Program-made: the position numbers and the translations under genes
Notes under the pieces: generated by a model
What the model saw: only the letters and a program-made list of their open reading frames with translations
Database searches by the model: none
Told to the model about the DNA's origin: nothing
Part shown: piece by piece, positions 12,115 to 25,603 of the stretch
Layout of the letters: every line of letters begins with the position of its first letter
Numbering within the stretch: position 1 is the stretch's first letter
NCBI GenBank assembly: GCA_010405405.1
Contig: MU004233.1
Location: forward strand, 1,862,566 to 1,926,565
DNA from: Microthyrium microscopicum
Taxonomy: Eukaryota
Length of the DNA stretch: 64,000 bases
Direction of reading: 5' to 3'

Positions 12115-13042
12115 TCAGAGCCATCCACTTCGAGGCCGCTCCTTCAATACGTTCCGATCTCCTCTTTCAAGAGCTTCGGTTCGCTCCGCTTCGATTGCCT
12201 TGCGAATCTGTCGCCGATATTGTTTGGCACTCATTTTCATGCCTTTGAGGCTCATGGAAACTTTGTGGGTGGCATCAATAGCCAGTAGGCGATGTTCAAG
12301 TAACTCCTCCATAAACGCACACACATACACTCCGCAGTCCCTACTGTTGTGCTGCTGTGGTACGTGTTGGATGTCAATGAATCGTAGAGGTTTACGAATT
12401 AGTCGGCTGAGGTTTCGGGTCAATTGGTCGGCAATGTGAGGGTGGTCTTGCATACTGTTGGCAATTAGCTTAATGAACGTAATATATGGAACGGATCTAG
12501 TCTTACGAGTTGTAGTGGAATGCGACGCCATCGACAAGACTGACAACCAAGAGTGACCAATGTGTACCTTCCTCAGCATATTCTCCACCTGATGGATTAA
12601 TCGGCAGAAACAGATGAGTGTAGCTCATGAACGACGGATCAACATTTTGATTGAGACCATGGGCCAAGAGTACTGCTTCTGTAGGTCGAACCAATTTGAT
12701 ATTTGTTCGTGGTGCAGGCTTCAGTAACCGACGTTCCAAGTCAAACTGCCAGAAGCTGATAACGTTGTCGGTCAACCAGCTGTTGTCTTCCACAGTTCTG
12801 AGGTCTTCAAGCATGAAGTTGGTGCCATTGGTGTCATTTGTACCGCCGTATCGAAACAGGGGTTTTCTTCGTTCTACGGAATCTTCGTCTGCCTCTGTAG
12901 AGGGCTGTGGGTGTGGTTAGGAAGGTTTTGTCTGAAGATGCAGGATGCTAGAATATGAACTTACAGTGCGGGGAGGAAAGCGACTTTCGATTTTAGCCTC
13001 AAGCAAGTCAACTTGTTCGCCAATGCGATCACGAAGTCCCAT
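12115..13042 (-). CDS. DEN1: NEDD8-specific Ulp-family (C48) cysteine protease, DEN1/SENP8/DenA-like; 3 exons
   Basis: WLTDNVISFW, THLFLPIN...GTHWSLLVVSLVDGVAFHYNS, QQHNSRDCGVYVC. Introns near 12907-12964 and 12454-12506. Confidence 0.85.
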
Positions 13043-14156
13043 TATTGCGGGGATGAATCGGGGAGAGGGATAGAGAGGGAGGGCTGATGGAGGGGTTTAT
13101 GAAGGATGCAGCTGAGGCGACCAGCTGGCAGCAGATTGCTTAACAGGAAAGAGCAGACGGTCGCGCTGTGATTTATTGTAGAAGATGATCCAAAGTGAGA
13201 AAGAAGGAGGTGGTGATCAAAATGTACAAAGGCAGTCGCAGCTGGCGGAGCGACAGGTGCGGGTCAGATTGTTGCTGCCACAGATGTAGGTGCGCTTCAA
13301 GTTGCCCGAGGTCGAAGTGTGAAGATGAGACAGATTGGGAGGCAGTGCTGCTTCGACTGAATCAAGACTGCGCACAAGGAAATATATCCTGAAATTGTTT
13401 TGTTGTAAATGAACAAAGAAACAGAGTCTGTATATCCAGGGCCTAGATCTTACAAGTAGTAGAGGTACTTAAAAGGCCACATGATTAAAGTCAAGCAGGC
13501 TGCAAGCGAAGAAACTGTTAAAAAGTGACGATACGCAGACGCAGCTGCGCTAAACATGGCACCGTTTGCATGACGTACCAGTCAATTTATACATGACTAT
13601 AGGCAGTTGCTAGATGAGATTGAGCAGAATGGAAATGAAAAATAGTCAGCTTTAACTTGATTATCCCGCTGTGCACTATACACATTAAAGGGTTAGATGA
13701 AGAGCACTATTACTCGTGTTGATCTGAGCATAAAGTACTCTGCCATCTTAAACAAAAGGACATTGAGCGTCATGTTGTCATGTACGAGTCTAGATCCATA
13801 TGTCTAGATCCAGTCAGTTTAGGTAGAGACTCCATAGATTTCGATTATGTAACCCACCAGCCATCATACTCAGCCACACAAGCTGCTAACGCCACGTTCG
13901 CGAGCAGGGATGCTACTTCAACGTGCGCGACTAGTGCATCGCAACTGCTTTGTTTACTAACGACTAACGACTCCTCCAAAAGCCCTTGCCGTCAATTTAA
14001 CCACCAAAAACTTCTACCAACAAGTCCAACAACTGTCCATTCCTCGCAGTTCGGGCTGTATCTTTCTCTTGGAAGTCCCTACTACTAACCCAGCCGGCCT
14101 CTTCTTCGTGTTACACACGTCACCCCGACGACTCCCGACACTCCACAACCGCCGCA

Positions 14157-16689
14157 ATGCAGCGACGCGTCTTTTCTGGCAGCACATCCACGCCAGCAAA
14201 ATCTCCCATCAAGTCGGTTTATCCTCTCATATCTCGAGCCTGCCATACTCATGCCCCCTAGAATCCCTTTGAACGATGACCGGCAAGAAAAGGCCAGTCG
14301 CCTACATAATCGCCAAGCACAACATGAACTACATATGAACAATATCAAAGCCGCCGCGGCAACTCCCTTGCGAAAACGACGATCGCTACTTGCTCAAAGT
14401 CCGCGGACGCCTGCGGACGACGATGAAGACGATGGATTGCCTTCTGTGTCTGGTACGGCCGTGACGCCAATGAAGCGCGTTCCTATAATGGCGAATTTTG
14501 AGGAGTGGATGAAAATGGCTACCGATAATGTAGGCTGCAGGATTCACTCGATGAAGTATCCAGGCTGACAGGATACAGAAAATCAATGCGACCAACTCGT
14601 GGAATTTCGCGCTGATTGATTATTTTCATGACATGTCATTACTACGCGAAGGCGATGGTGTCAATTTTCAAAGGGCCAGTTGCACGCTAGATGGTTGCGT
14701 CAAAATTTACACCAATCGTGTCGACAGCGTTGCGACAGAGACTGGAAAACTTCTCAGTGGCCTTGCCGATAGTAATAGTGACAGACGGAAAGGCGATGCT
14801 GATGCTGAGGACGACGATGGTGATGATGACGGTGAAGAAGGCAGCCAAAAGAAGACGAGGAAACGAGTAGGTGTATCGAGAATTGCGTAGAAATTTACTG
14901 ATCAGAACAGGCACAACGAACCGCAGAAGCTACTTTGGCTACGTCTTTTGCTCAACTCCAACTAAAGAAGATGGAACTGGAGTTCGCCATAGATCCATTA
15001 TTCAAAAAAGCATCTGCCGATTTCGATGAAGGTGGAGCCAAGGGCCTTCTTTTGAACCACCTGGCTATTGATTCGACAGGCAGAATTGTTTTTGACAGCA
15101 GTGATGATGCAGTTGATCAAGAAGAGAATGATGTCGACCAGACTAACCCAGAGCAAGATGCCACCGATATGCCTCAGAGCCAACCAGAATCAGTTGACAT
15201 CGACCTAGATGCATTAGGAGCCGCATTCTTCCCAGATCTAACCACACTGGATGAGCAAGATATATGTCCATCCCTGAAGACTTTTGAACTAGGAGAGACA
15301 GATGCGTCCATGGACTTGCCATTTCTCAAAGCGCCTGAAGACTGGCGACAAGACTCACAGACCGGTGCCGGTGCCGAGGACGACCCAACAGTCTTACACC
15401 AAGGGGACGCCGACGGTGGTGCTTTTGATGATGACGACAACATCCTAGGCGGCTTTGATCTAGCTGATGGCATTGGTTTTGGTGAAGGTGGAGAAGTCTG
15501 GGCTAAAGAAGCTGCCTTGGATCCACAAATGCGCGTTCACGTAATGCAGAGTGTTGAAGGAGATGATCCCAACGATGATGTGGATGGTGAAGGTCTCCCA
15601 GGCAATGACCGCTTTTCGGTATCCATGCGAATGGGTGGTGGTCAAGATCAGCAAAACATTCTCGACTACTTCGACAAGGCGCTGCAAAAGAACTGGGCTG
15701 GTCCAGAGCATTGGAAAATTCGACGAGTAAAGGATGCCGCCAAAGCAGCTGTCAATGGCCCAACAAAACGCAAGGAGAAGGAGCCCTTTGAGATTGACTT
15801 TGCAGCGCCCATGTCACAAGCTCTCGCCGATGCATTATACACGCCTGCTGCGGCAAACTCTGCCATATCGCTACCGAAGACGCAATGGCGATCAAGGACT
15901 CGAAATCTCCTACCTGACGACAAGCACTTCAGCTCGCGGCAACTGCTCACTCTCTTCCTCAAGCCCAAAGCCATCCTTGGCGTACGAAATAGCTCTGGTC
16001 GCAAAGTGCAAGCAATGCCCCAAGTACCTGAAGGCGAAATTGATGAGCAGTACTGGGCTCAGCAAGAAGGTGCACCCATGGACGGCCAAGACGATGTGGT
16101 CGCCGGCAACTACGATGCCAACTTCTTCCAAGACGACGGCTTTGGCGCTATGGGCGGTGCGGAAGATGACGATGATGAATTTGCCGATGCGCGCGACCAC
16201 TTCTCTCCAGCTGCTGGCGAAGCTTTGGCAAACGGCGAAGTTGGCGGCTCGCAAGACGCGCCTGGCAATCTACTACTGGGTCATGCGAGACGCAACCGAC
16301 CAGAGTATGTGCAATATGCGCGCGTAGCGACAAAGGTCGACGTACGCAGACTGAAAGAAGAGATATGGAAAGGTCTTGCACTAGAAGAGGTATGTTCCGC
16401 CGCACCACCAACATTCACTAAAATTTAGCTAATGGTTTCGCAGCCCGAAGCAGTCTCAGTGGAAAAGGCCCCGCCAGTAGACGAGGCACCGCTCATGTTC
16501 ACAGATGTCATCAACAACCTGCAAACCGTTTATCCTAAGCAGGCGATGGCAGACATCTCCACATCGTTTTGCTTCATCTGCGTGCTACATTTGGCGAATG
16601 AAAAGGGTTTGGTGATTAAGAATCATGAAGACTTTCAGCAGCTTAGCATTCGGAAGGATCATACAGCGGAGATTGCTGGTATAGATTGA
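14157..16689 (+). CDS. BRN1: Condensin complex subunit 2 (barren/Cnd2/CAP-H kleisin); 5 exons
   Basis: FEEWMKMATDNKINATNSWNFALIDYF, NFQRASCTLDGCVKIYTNRVDSV, DPLFKKASADFDEGGAKGLLLN, WAGPEHW, ISTSFCFICVLHLANEKGL. First exon inferred from ATG 14157 with intron 14213-14261. Confidence 0.95.
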
Positions 16690-17103
16690 TGGATTGGCGT
16701 GGTTACGATCAATAATGCTTTTGTAACGTGCATAGCTTGGCTAGGGAGTTTTCTTGGATGTAATTGTATGACGTTTGTTTGAGGCCGCGATTCTTACGTT
16801 ATAAGAGTTCTTATGAATATTATCACCATCTTGGATTTCTCTCATCTTTAATTGTTGAGGTATCAAATGGAAATCGTGGGGCGTTGAGAAGGGGGCAAGG
16901 GGGCCAGCATGCGGTTAGTGTAACTCTAGCGCGATTTCTTCAAGCAGGTTGATCTCATCAATCGTCCGACAGCTCTTGAATTTGGTCAACACCAAACGCC
17001 AGTCCCAGCCCAGTCCCGAATATCTATCCTACTCTTTCTCCTACGGGCTACGGTACCATCCTTCAGCCATCCGACATCTGCCCATTGACATCAACCCCTC
17101 ACT

Positions 17104-20100
17104 ATGAGAACGTACGTCCCTTGTGCTTCCCAAACGACTCTCGTCAACATTCATACTCATGCTAAATTCGCTCAGGTTACGACGGGACGCGCTCGAGAAG
17201 CTTGCGCAGCTATCCGCCGCTGAGTCTTCTCCCGGCCAACAGAAAGATGTAGCTCGCCTATGTCGAAGATGTCCAGGCCCGCGTTCGCGTCTGAACAATG
17301 GCGCGGATACTCGCTCTGGTCCTGCGCGCATCCCAATGGTACACACAACTCCATCATACTTCATCGCCAATCTAACCTTTTTGCTAGGGTCTACCTGAAC
17401 TAGAAGCTCTTCTCGCTCTTTGCAAAGCAGCGCCGCTCGTCACGAACATTGAAATCGCGGCCCAGCTTCTCGCGCAACTTACCTCCTATCTCCCCGAATC
17501 CCACGTCCAAAACCTAAACGTCCCTTTCTCCCTACTCAAAGAACGCCCTTCACCCTGGGAAGCTCTCACATATAGCCTTTGCAATGCCATTTTGTCTCTG
17601 GGCTTAAATCATCCTTCTCTACGGCAGCACGCTGCTTCTACAATCAGTCGATATGTCACCAGTTGGCTCGAAGTAGCGCACACCAGCCTTGCGACTCCGA
17701 TCGATACAGAGAACGACGCTGAATTCGCGGGAACATCAATTGGCCGAATTGTAACGCTCGCCGTCTCTCTTCTCGGTTTTCTGGAAGCTGCTGCTGCCCA
17801 TGCTCGCTTCTGGACTCCGAGAGAGCGTATACAGCTCGTCCGTTTCATCTGGGACGCTCTTTCCGAAAAATATATGATCGCGTTGGAAACATGTCTAAGC
17901 ATCATCAGAAATACCCGCGACTCGGATGGTGATATGAGGACATGGAAACACTATTCTCGGCGATATGCAGCGGATGGAAGGCCTTTGGGTGCGATGATAT
18001 TGCGCGTTGCTCTGATGGAACTTGTAACGGCTTGTGCAGCTTTACAGGTAGCCTCGCCCCAAGCGTTGGAACAAAAAGATATTATGGAGCTTCTGCTGAG
18101 TGATGAGCCATTTGAGCGCGCGGAACAACCGACATTTGGAATGCCAATTGAGCAACTGGCTGAAATTTCAGCGGATGAAATGAAGCTGTTGGAAGAAGGA
18201 TCGGATTACTTGAGACTTGGTTCAGCGTGGCAGCAGAGGCTTGCTTCTGCTGTTCGCGCCAATGTTTTCAAGACTTATCTATGCTGCTCAGTGCTGGACG
18301 AAGAAATCGCCGATCCAGATGCATTGCTAATTCGCCTCGAATCAACCATGTCAGATCCCGCTCAGATACTGGATGAATATCTCGCATCGGTTGTTTTCAA
18401 ATCCATGGCTACACTGGCAAAATCATCTTCCAGCTTGGCATCAAACATAAGCAGATCACTTTCTAGAGCTATTGTCTACGGCGGACTGGATTCCAAGACT
18501 GCCGCCGTGGCTGCTGAATGTCTGGCCTCCGTCCTCTTAAGACTTCCCCAGGATGCTACCATCACGACACTATACAGTCTAGGCAATGTTCTTTCCGCGC
18601 AGCCAGAGAATAGAAACTTGACGGGCTCACCTGATTTTGATGGGCACGGCAAGAACCATCGACATTCAATGTATCCAGTTCAGAACGGGGGTAGCGTTGT
18701 TTCGTTTGGACCTGACGAGCCGTCATTGGTACATATGACCACCATTGAAGCTATCGTAAAGATTGCTTCGACTTGTGGACAGGATAAGATTATTGCCCTA
18801 GCGTTGTCCATGCTGCTCCAGAAATACGGTAAAGTGAACAACGCAGAAGTGGATGCGAAGATTATCACAGAGACGGCATTCCTTGGAGTCAAGAGTGCGC
18901 CGAGTGAGCTTCGCTCGCTATTAAAAATGTACTCTAGGCTTTGCCACGATGGTCTCATCAAGGAAAATGATCTTATTCAGGAAGCTGTAAGTGGCCCAAG
19001 TCGATGCACAATGTCTTACTAATATCATCAGGTCATGCAAGCTCGGCTTCATCTCTCTCATGGCATCAAGCGAGGCACCGAAGCATTTGAGATTTATATT
19101 GTCCACTTACTAGACTCTATCGTCAGTAAAGGTGATGCCCACGAGATTGAAACAAACAGCCATGTCCGAGATGTCGAACTAGCCGCTCATGAAATTGCCC
19201 AACTGTTGCGACCATTAGCAGCACTTGCAGCTGCCAATGCATCGCCAGATGCCGAAGAAGATCTCGGCATCGAGGGCTTCCTGACTCTTCAACGGGATGC
19301 TTGGTTCAATGCTGTTGTTCATGGCTTCACCCTCACTTCACCATTTGGTATCAAGTACCGTCAAGAAATGCAGGTTCTGGCTCAATTCAGTCGCCCTCTA
19401 ATCCCAGAGGACCGCGCGGATCACCTTGAGAGTGATATCGAACTCAACACTACTCTGCGCCGTGGTAAGTCTCAGGATCATGTCGCAGACTTCCGTCGAT
19501 ATCTGTTCGAGGTTCTTCCGGAATCTCAGATAGATTTGCGTGAATTGAACTATTCGGAGCTGGTTTTCTTGGCTTCAGCATTTACTATGGAAAGTCTAAG
19601 GGCCATGTCTGGCGACTGCACGAGGGTCCTGACATACTTCTTGGATCCAAGGTTGAGATCAGGCCCGCTTGGCAACTGCATGGTACAAGTTGCAAATCGA
19701 GTCGTTATGGAATATATCAACCGAACACTTGCAGCAAAAGATCACATGTTTAGCGCTCCATATATCGCACAGCAACTGGCCTTGTTCTTTGCTGGATGTT
19801 GCCATCGCATCCACAAGGTTCAATACGTTGCCATCCATTGTGCAGATCTCATCATCAAACAGGTGCCGTCGAGTTTATGCCACAAGTCATCTCTTTTCGC
19901 CCTCTTGGAATTGCTCAGCATCATGTGGTTTAGCTGTCTGGAACGTGAAATTGAGGAGTACGAATGGCAACCCAAGTTCACATCAGAGCGAGGCAAGGTC
20001 GAGGTTGAGCTATCTGATGACTATGCATTCCGCCGTACCACTTTGGTTGAATTACACAAGTGGGCCAGGATATGGATGCTTCGAGTCCTTGATATCGCAC

Positions 20101-23100
20101 CTCTAGATATCAAGGGTCTCATTCAGACATACCTCTCAGACTATGACGATGAGGGCTCCTTTGGCCATGTCTCTCTTGGGCGATCATTTGCACTTGAAAT
20201 GGGTGGCATGATTCCATCAACAGATCAACGGCTTCATGCACTTGATAACCAGTCAGGCCTCGATATCAATACGGCGTCAGAGTTTATGGCCCAGTATACT
20301 ACTCGACAGGAGTATCGATTTGTGGAAGGATTAAGAGATGACGATCAGGATGTTGCGCCTTTCCCGACCCAGCGGTTCAAAATGGACAAGTCAATTGAGG
20401 ATGCACGCTTACTTCTCGCTGACATTGAAAGCCGGACCACTAGCCATCAAAATGTGTCCATGGCTGAAATCCGTGATGTCTTACGTCGTGCCGGTGCATT
20501 ACTCTGCCGTACCGACAAAGATGAGGGAGCGATTGTTCATCACCTTGTGGGAATTCCATTTGCCGTCCTGTCTCGCCAGTCCATAAAGCTCGGCATTTCA
20601 CTCTGGACCGGCGTGATCAAAGAGAACGCACGCATGGAATCTCGCATTCTAGCCGAAATTGCAGAATGCTGGGAAAACACAGTCCGCCAACGTCGCGGTT
20701 TATTTGACCGTAGACTACTCCAGCAAGATCCATTCTACACCAAGCAGGAGTTTGCGCCATCAGACCGCAATCTCATCAGCAGGCGGCAGAAGCTTGCTCA
20801 CGATCTGATCTCGCCACATCTGCGCTTAATCCAGTTTCTATCCAGTCATTTCAATGCTTCGAGACTGGGCACACCGCATATCCAACGCATCTATCAGCGA
20901 ATCATTAATGTCACTCTCGATGCCCTCGCAGACAAAAAATGCCCAGCGCTCACGCGTGAGGCCCACTTCCATATTGTGCTGCTCGCCTTACGTATTCTGC
21001 GCGCAAGTCCGGTGGATGCGCATCTTCTTTGGCGCTCCAAGGATCGAGTGTTGTCAGCGGCTTTGTCATGGTTTGCATCGAAACCACAGCATGTTCCCCT
21101 CTTCTATGTAGGAGTCTCTTAAGCTAACTTTTCTAGGTGGTCATTTGGTGGTAATCGATTGCAGATCAAGGCAGAAACCCATCTGCTCGGTGATATCCAT
21201 ACTGCGTTGGAGAAGGTCGCATACATTGGTGCCGAGGGCTTTGGCTCTAGACGCTCTTTGCAGTCAAAGCAGGAGTTGCTTTATATGCTGCTTGCTAATG
21301 AACAGACTAGGCTGATTGTTTGGCTACACCCTCTGGATCACGAGCGGAAGCATCATTTGCATCATTTTATCTCTAACCAGCATAGCAAACCACCATCTGA
21401 TGTGAGTAGTATGTACCTTTTCATAGACTGTTTTACTGACTTGCAAGGTTGCTTTAACGATTGGTCTCAAGACTGCTTGGGCTGAGAATCCTGAAATTGC
21501 GGTCCAATTAGCCCATCGATTCCAATCGCCGGCGCTCACGGCAGCTTTGCGTTTCTTGTTGACGAGCTTTCCTGAAAAGGTGCTCAATGACCCGGATGCA
21601 TTGGAGCTGCTTCTTGGCAGTTCGTTGCCCATTGATGTTGGACATCAGCTCAAAGTAAGTATCACCAGTGTCATTCATGTTCTAAGTACTAATAAGACCC
21701 AGTATCTGCTATATTGGGTTTCAGTCAATCCAATTACTGCCGTGCACTACTTCTTGCCGGCATACGGCAACAACGCATTCATCGTGCAATATGCTATGCG
21801 CGCACTCGAAAGCCACTCAGTTGATACCACATTTTTCTATGTCCCACAGATCGTACAGGCTCTTCGCTATGATATGCTGGGATATGTTGAGCGTTATATC
21901 ATTGAGACGGCTAGGCTTTCGCAGTTGTTTGCCCATCAGATCATCTGGAACATGAAAGCAAATGCTTTCAAGGATGAAGAATCCCTTATCGTAAGTTATA
22001 AAGCTTGACTGGAGAGCATCGTGTCTAATAGTATTTTAGCCCGACCCTGTGAAACCGACACTGGATAAAGTATTGGAGAGTCTGATTGCAAGCTTTACTC
22101 CTGCAGACAAGGACTTTTATGAGCGCGAGTTTCAGTTCTTCGATGAGGTCACTGACATTTCTGGCAAATTGAAGCCATACATCAAGCGAAGTAAGCCAGA
22201 AAAGAAACAAAAGATTGAAGAAGAGCTTCGGAAAATCCAAGTCGAAGTGGGAGTCTACCTTCCCAGTAATCCAGATGGTGTTGTTATTGGTATTGACCGC
22301 AAGTCTGGAAAACCACTACAAAGTCATGCCAAGGCGCCTTATATGGCCACTTTCCGCATCCGCAAAGAGAAAGAAGTAAACGATGAAGCGGACGAGATGC
22401 TCATCAAAACAAACGGCCACTCAGCCAATATCCAAGACACATATGAGGTTTGGCAAAGCGCCATTTTCAAAGTCGGTGATGACTGTCGCCAAGACGTCCT
22501 CGCACTTCAACTCATCGCCGCCTTCCGCGGTATTTTCCACTCCGTTGGCCTTGACGTGTACGTCAACCCATACCGCGTCACAGCCACAGCACCCGGCTGC
22601 GGTGTAATCGACGTGCTCCCCAACTCCATCTCCCGTGACATGCTCGGCCGCGAAGCCGTCAACGGTCTCTACGACTACTTCATCAGCAAATACGGCGGCG
22701 AAGACAGCATCCGCTTCCAAGAAGCACGCAACAACTTTGTCAAATCCATGGCCGCCTACTCGGTAATATCCTTCCTTCTCCAGTTCAAGGACCGACATAA
22801 CGGCAACATCATGATCGACGATGCAGGCCATATTCTGCACATTGATTTCGGTTTCTGCTTCGACATTGTGCCAGGCGGTGTCAAATTTGAGCGCGCACCA
22901 TTCAAGCTGACAGCAGAAATGCTCGCTGTCATGGGCGGGCCTAATGCTCAAAGCTACATGTGGTTTGAGGAGCTGTGTATAAAGGCGTTCTTGTGCAGTC
23001 GCCCTCATGCTGAGCATTTAGCGAATATGGTGAGTGTGATGCTGGATAGTGGGTTACCGTGCTTTAAGCCGGCGACGATGCAGCACTTGAGGGAGCGGTT

Positions 23101-23227
23101 TGTGCTGGAGAGAAGTGAGAGGGAGGCGGCGGACTTCATGCGCGATTTGATTAGGAAGAGTGCGAATAATTTGGCGACGAAGGGGTATGATCATTTCCAG
23201 CTGTTGACGAATGGCATCCCCTACTAG
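17104..23227 (+). CDS. STT4: Phosphatidylinositol 4-kinase type III alpha; multi-exon
   Basis: C-terminal PI4K domain PLQSHAKAP, AIFKVGDDCRQD, KDRHNGN, HIDFGF, FERAPFKLT, ending TNGIPY. PIK accessory domain FYVPQIVQALR. Micro first exon 17104-17111 inferred. Confidence 0.96.
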
Positions 23228-23286
23228 ATGGGCAGAGACAATGGTGGATTGGATCCAGATTGTATTGGAACAGATGGAGCTATTTA

Positions 23287-24834
23287 TTAGCTACTTTCTT
23301 GTTTCCTCCGCTTGCGCTGCCGTTTGCTGGAGTCGAGCAGTTCTTGCACTGACTGGGCTCCGATTTGGGCGGCTTCTTGCCACATGTTGTGTAGCTTCTT
23401 GACTACTTGTTTTAATAACTTCTTTTCCCCCATCCTCACTGCTATCGCCATGGCTATCCGACGGGTCTGCTGATCTGGCTGATTGCGTTGCTGAAGCTGT
23501 TCGAGTTTTTGTGCGTCCTGCTCGTATGTGGTTCCATAGCTGCTCAGGGCAGAATCCAGTGCCCGAAGAACGAATACGAAGAGCAGCCGTATGTCTCTGG
23601 CCGGTCCATCATGTCGAGCCAGCAATGTGTCCAACTCCTGGTCCTGGGGGCCAGTATTTCCTGCTTGTGTATTCGGGCCTTCAAGCATCGACTCCAGTTG
23701 AAAGATTGGGAAGAGCTCGAATAATTCGTACATCTTCTCGACAGTGAATAATTCCAGGTCCTCATTCGCCATCACGACTCCATCCGGTATCTCGTCTTCT
23801 CCGTATATTCGCTCAAGTTTCTCCCTCAGCCCCTGCTCTGGCACTCGACACAACGTCCTCGCACTCGCAAGAAAACACTCCACCGGGATTTCAACCACAT
23901 CGTACTGCGCATACCGCTCAGTTACATATCCATATCGCCTCAACAGCTCGCCTCGTGACAATGCCCCATAGTCGTTAAACACTTCCTCCCCCGCCGCTAT
24001 ATCTTTTACAGCACGCATCACCAGCGTCCCATCTGCCTCGTAGAACAACTTGGCGTTGTTCCGGTCTGCGTCGGCGTTCAACAGGTCTGCCAGCGGCACC
24101 ATCGCTTTCGGGAGCTCGGCGTCCGATTCATCAGAAACGTAACCTTCTTCGTCGACGGTACGCTGGCCGGTGGGTTCTACGTCAAATGCGTAGGCCATGA
24201 TAGTCGAGGCAGCGACGTGAGCCCGACGAATCACTTCTTCGGCGAGCTGATCTTCGAGGAGGTGGCTAAGACCAAAGGCAGAGGCGTGAGTGCGTATGAC
24301 TGGCAGGATGCGGGTCTTGAACATATCTTCTGCGTCCTCACGACCAATCTTCGAGCGGACGGCACTGCTTTGCAGTTCAGCGAGCTCAGCCGGAGACCAG
24401 AACATTGGCGTGTCGAAGTCGGATTCTGTTGGTAAGAGGTCGAGATACGGTTGCCAGCGAGAATTCGGATGAGTCTGCTCGTGAATTAGTGCGAGCAGGA
24501 GACCTGTCCATGGATCCAAAGGCTCATCGTCGCTTGTGGCCGAGGCGATGATGGGCGCTGGTAGAGCCGCGGGCGTGAGGAGTGCAGATCGTGGGATGCT
24601 GAACAGTTCCGTGTCTATGGGTATACTCTGCGTTGCAACTAGACTGGTCAGCTACAGCAGAACAATTTCACTGAATTGCTTACTGATGCCGCGACCGCGG
24701 GCTTGGTGTCGTAGGTCGACGATTTTGACAGCGGGGTGTGTTTGAATGTCGTTTTGACGGAGCCATTGGATAAAAGTATCATTTTTTGCTTCGAAGGGGA
24801 TAAAGTCTTCGGTCATTGTGGTGTCTGCTGCCAT
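23287..24834 (-). CDS. RKM4: SET-domain lysine methyltransferase, SETD6/Rkm4-like, with Rubisco-LSMT-type substrate-binding domain; 2 exons
   Basis: GRGI|ATQ across intron 24639-24683, WQPYLDLLP, TPMFWS, IMAYAFD, MVPLADLLNAD, GEEVFNDYG...ELLRRYGY, MAIAVRMGEKKLL. Confidence 0.85.
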
Positions 24835-25603
24835 GTGGAGCTGCAGTTGCTTGGTGGTATGAACTGATGATGGTGATTCGTGAATGAAAAATTGGCGGTT
24901 TGGGTGTGGAAGCTTCAACGTTGATTGAACAGTCCCATCTAAAACTACTACTAGTATCAAAACCATATAATTACCTACCTCCTAATCAAGTCACTTGAAT
25001 AAAAAATTGCTCTTATGTTTGGTACTTTACGAACGGATTTTAGTATTTACATACCATGGCAAATAAACAAATTCGCAGAGGAAACCACGATTCATTCCAT
25101 GTACTTATTTGGTATACCTTGGGAAAGGCCTCGATTGACTGCGTACAATACCTTCAGGTCTCGTATTTTTAGATTTTGTTTATGAAAGAAAACAACTTCA
25201 AGGCACAAGATATGAGAATGCAGTGAGGCTCTGCGAAGTCACGGCAAGTTCCGCATGTGGCAGTGCAGATCTAACTCGTCGACTCGAGATTCAGGGCGAC
25301 CTCTTGCAAGATTGAGGGTGATATCAACTCTGCATTCGTTGTATTTCACCTTCATTCTTGCAATACTTCGGCGACTAGTTAAAGACAACTCCAGGCACTT
25401 CGGCAAACATGGTTTCTGGCGCTGATGCCTTTCTTTCTCCACCGGCCTCCAACATAATTGCCGCCTGTCATTCTAGTACTCTTCTATTAGCTAATGATAG
25501 CTTGTTCTGAGGCAACATAAACAATCTGACAGGCGATTTTGACTGGCACAACCTGAAACTTAACAACTTCCTGGATGAACAAAGCGGGAACATCCGCCCT
25601 AAG

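Noticed and set aside
13948..13958. Forkhead-like TGTTTAC upstream of BRN1
   Set aside because: A single 7-mer; not significant alone.
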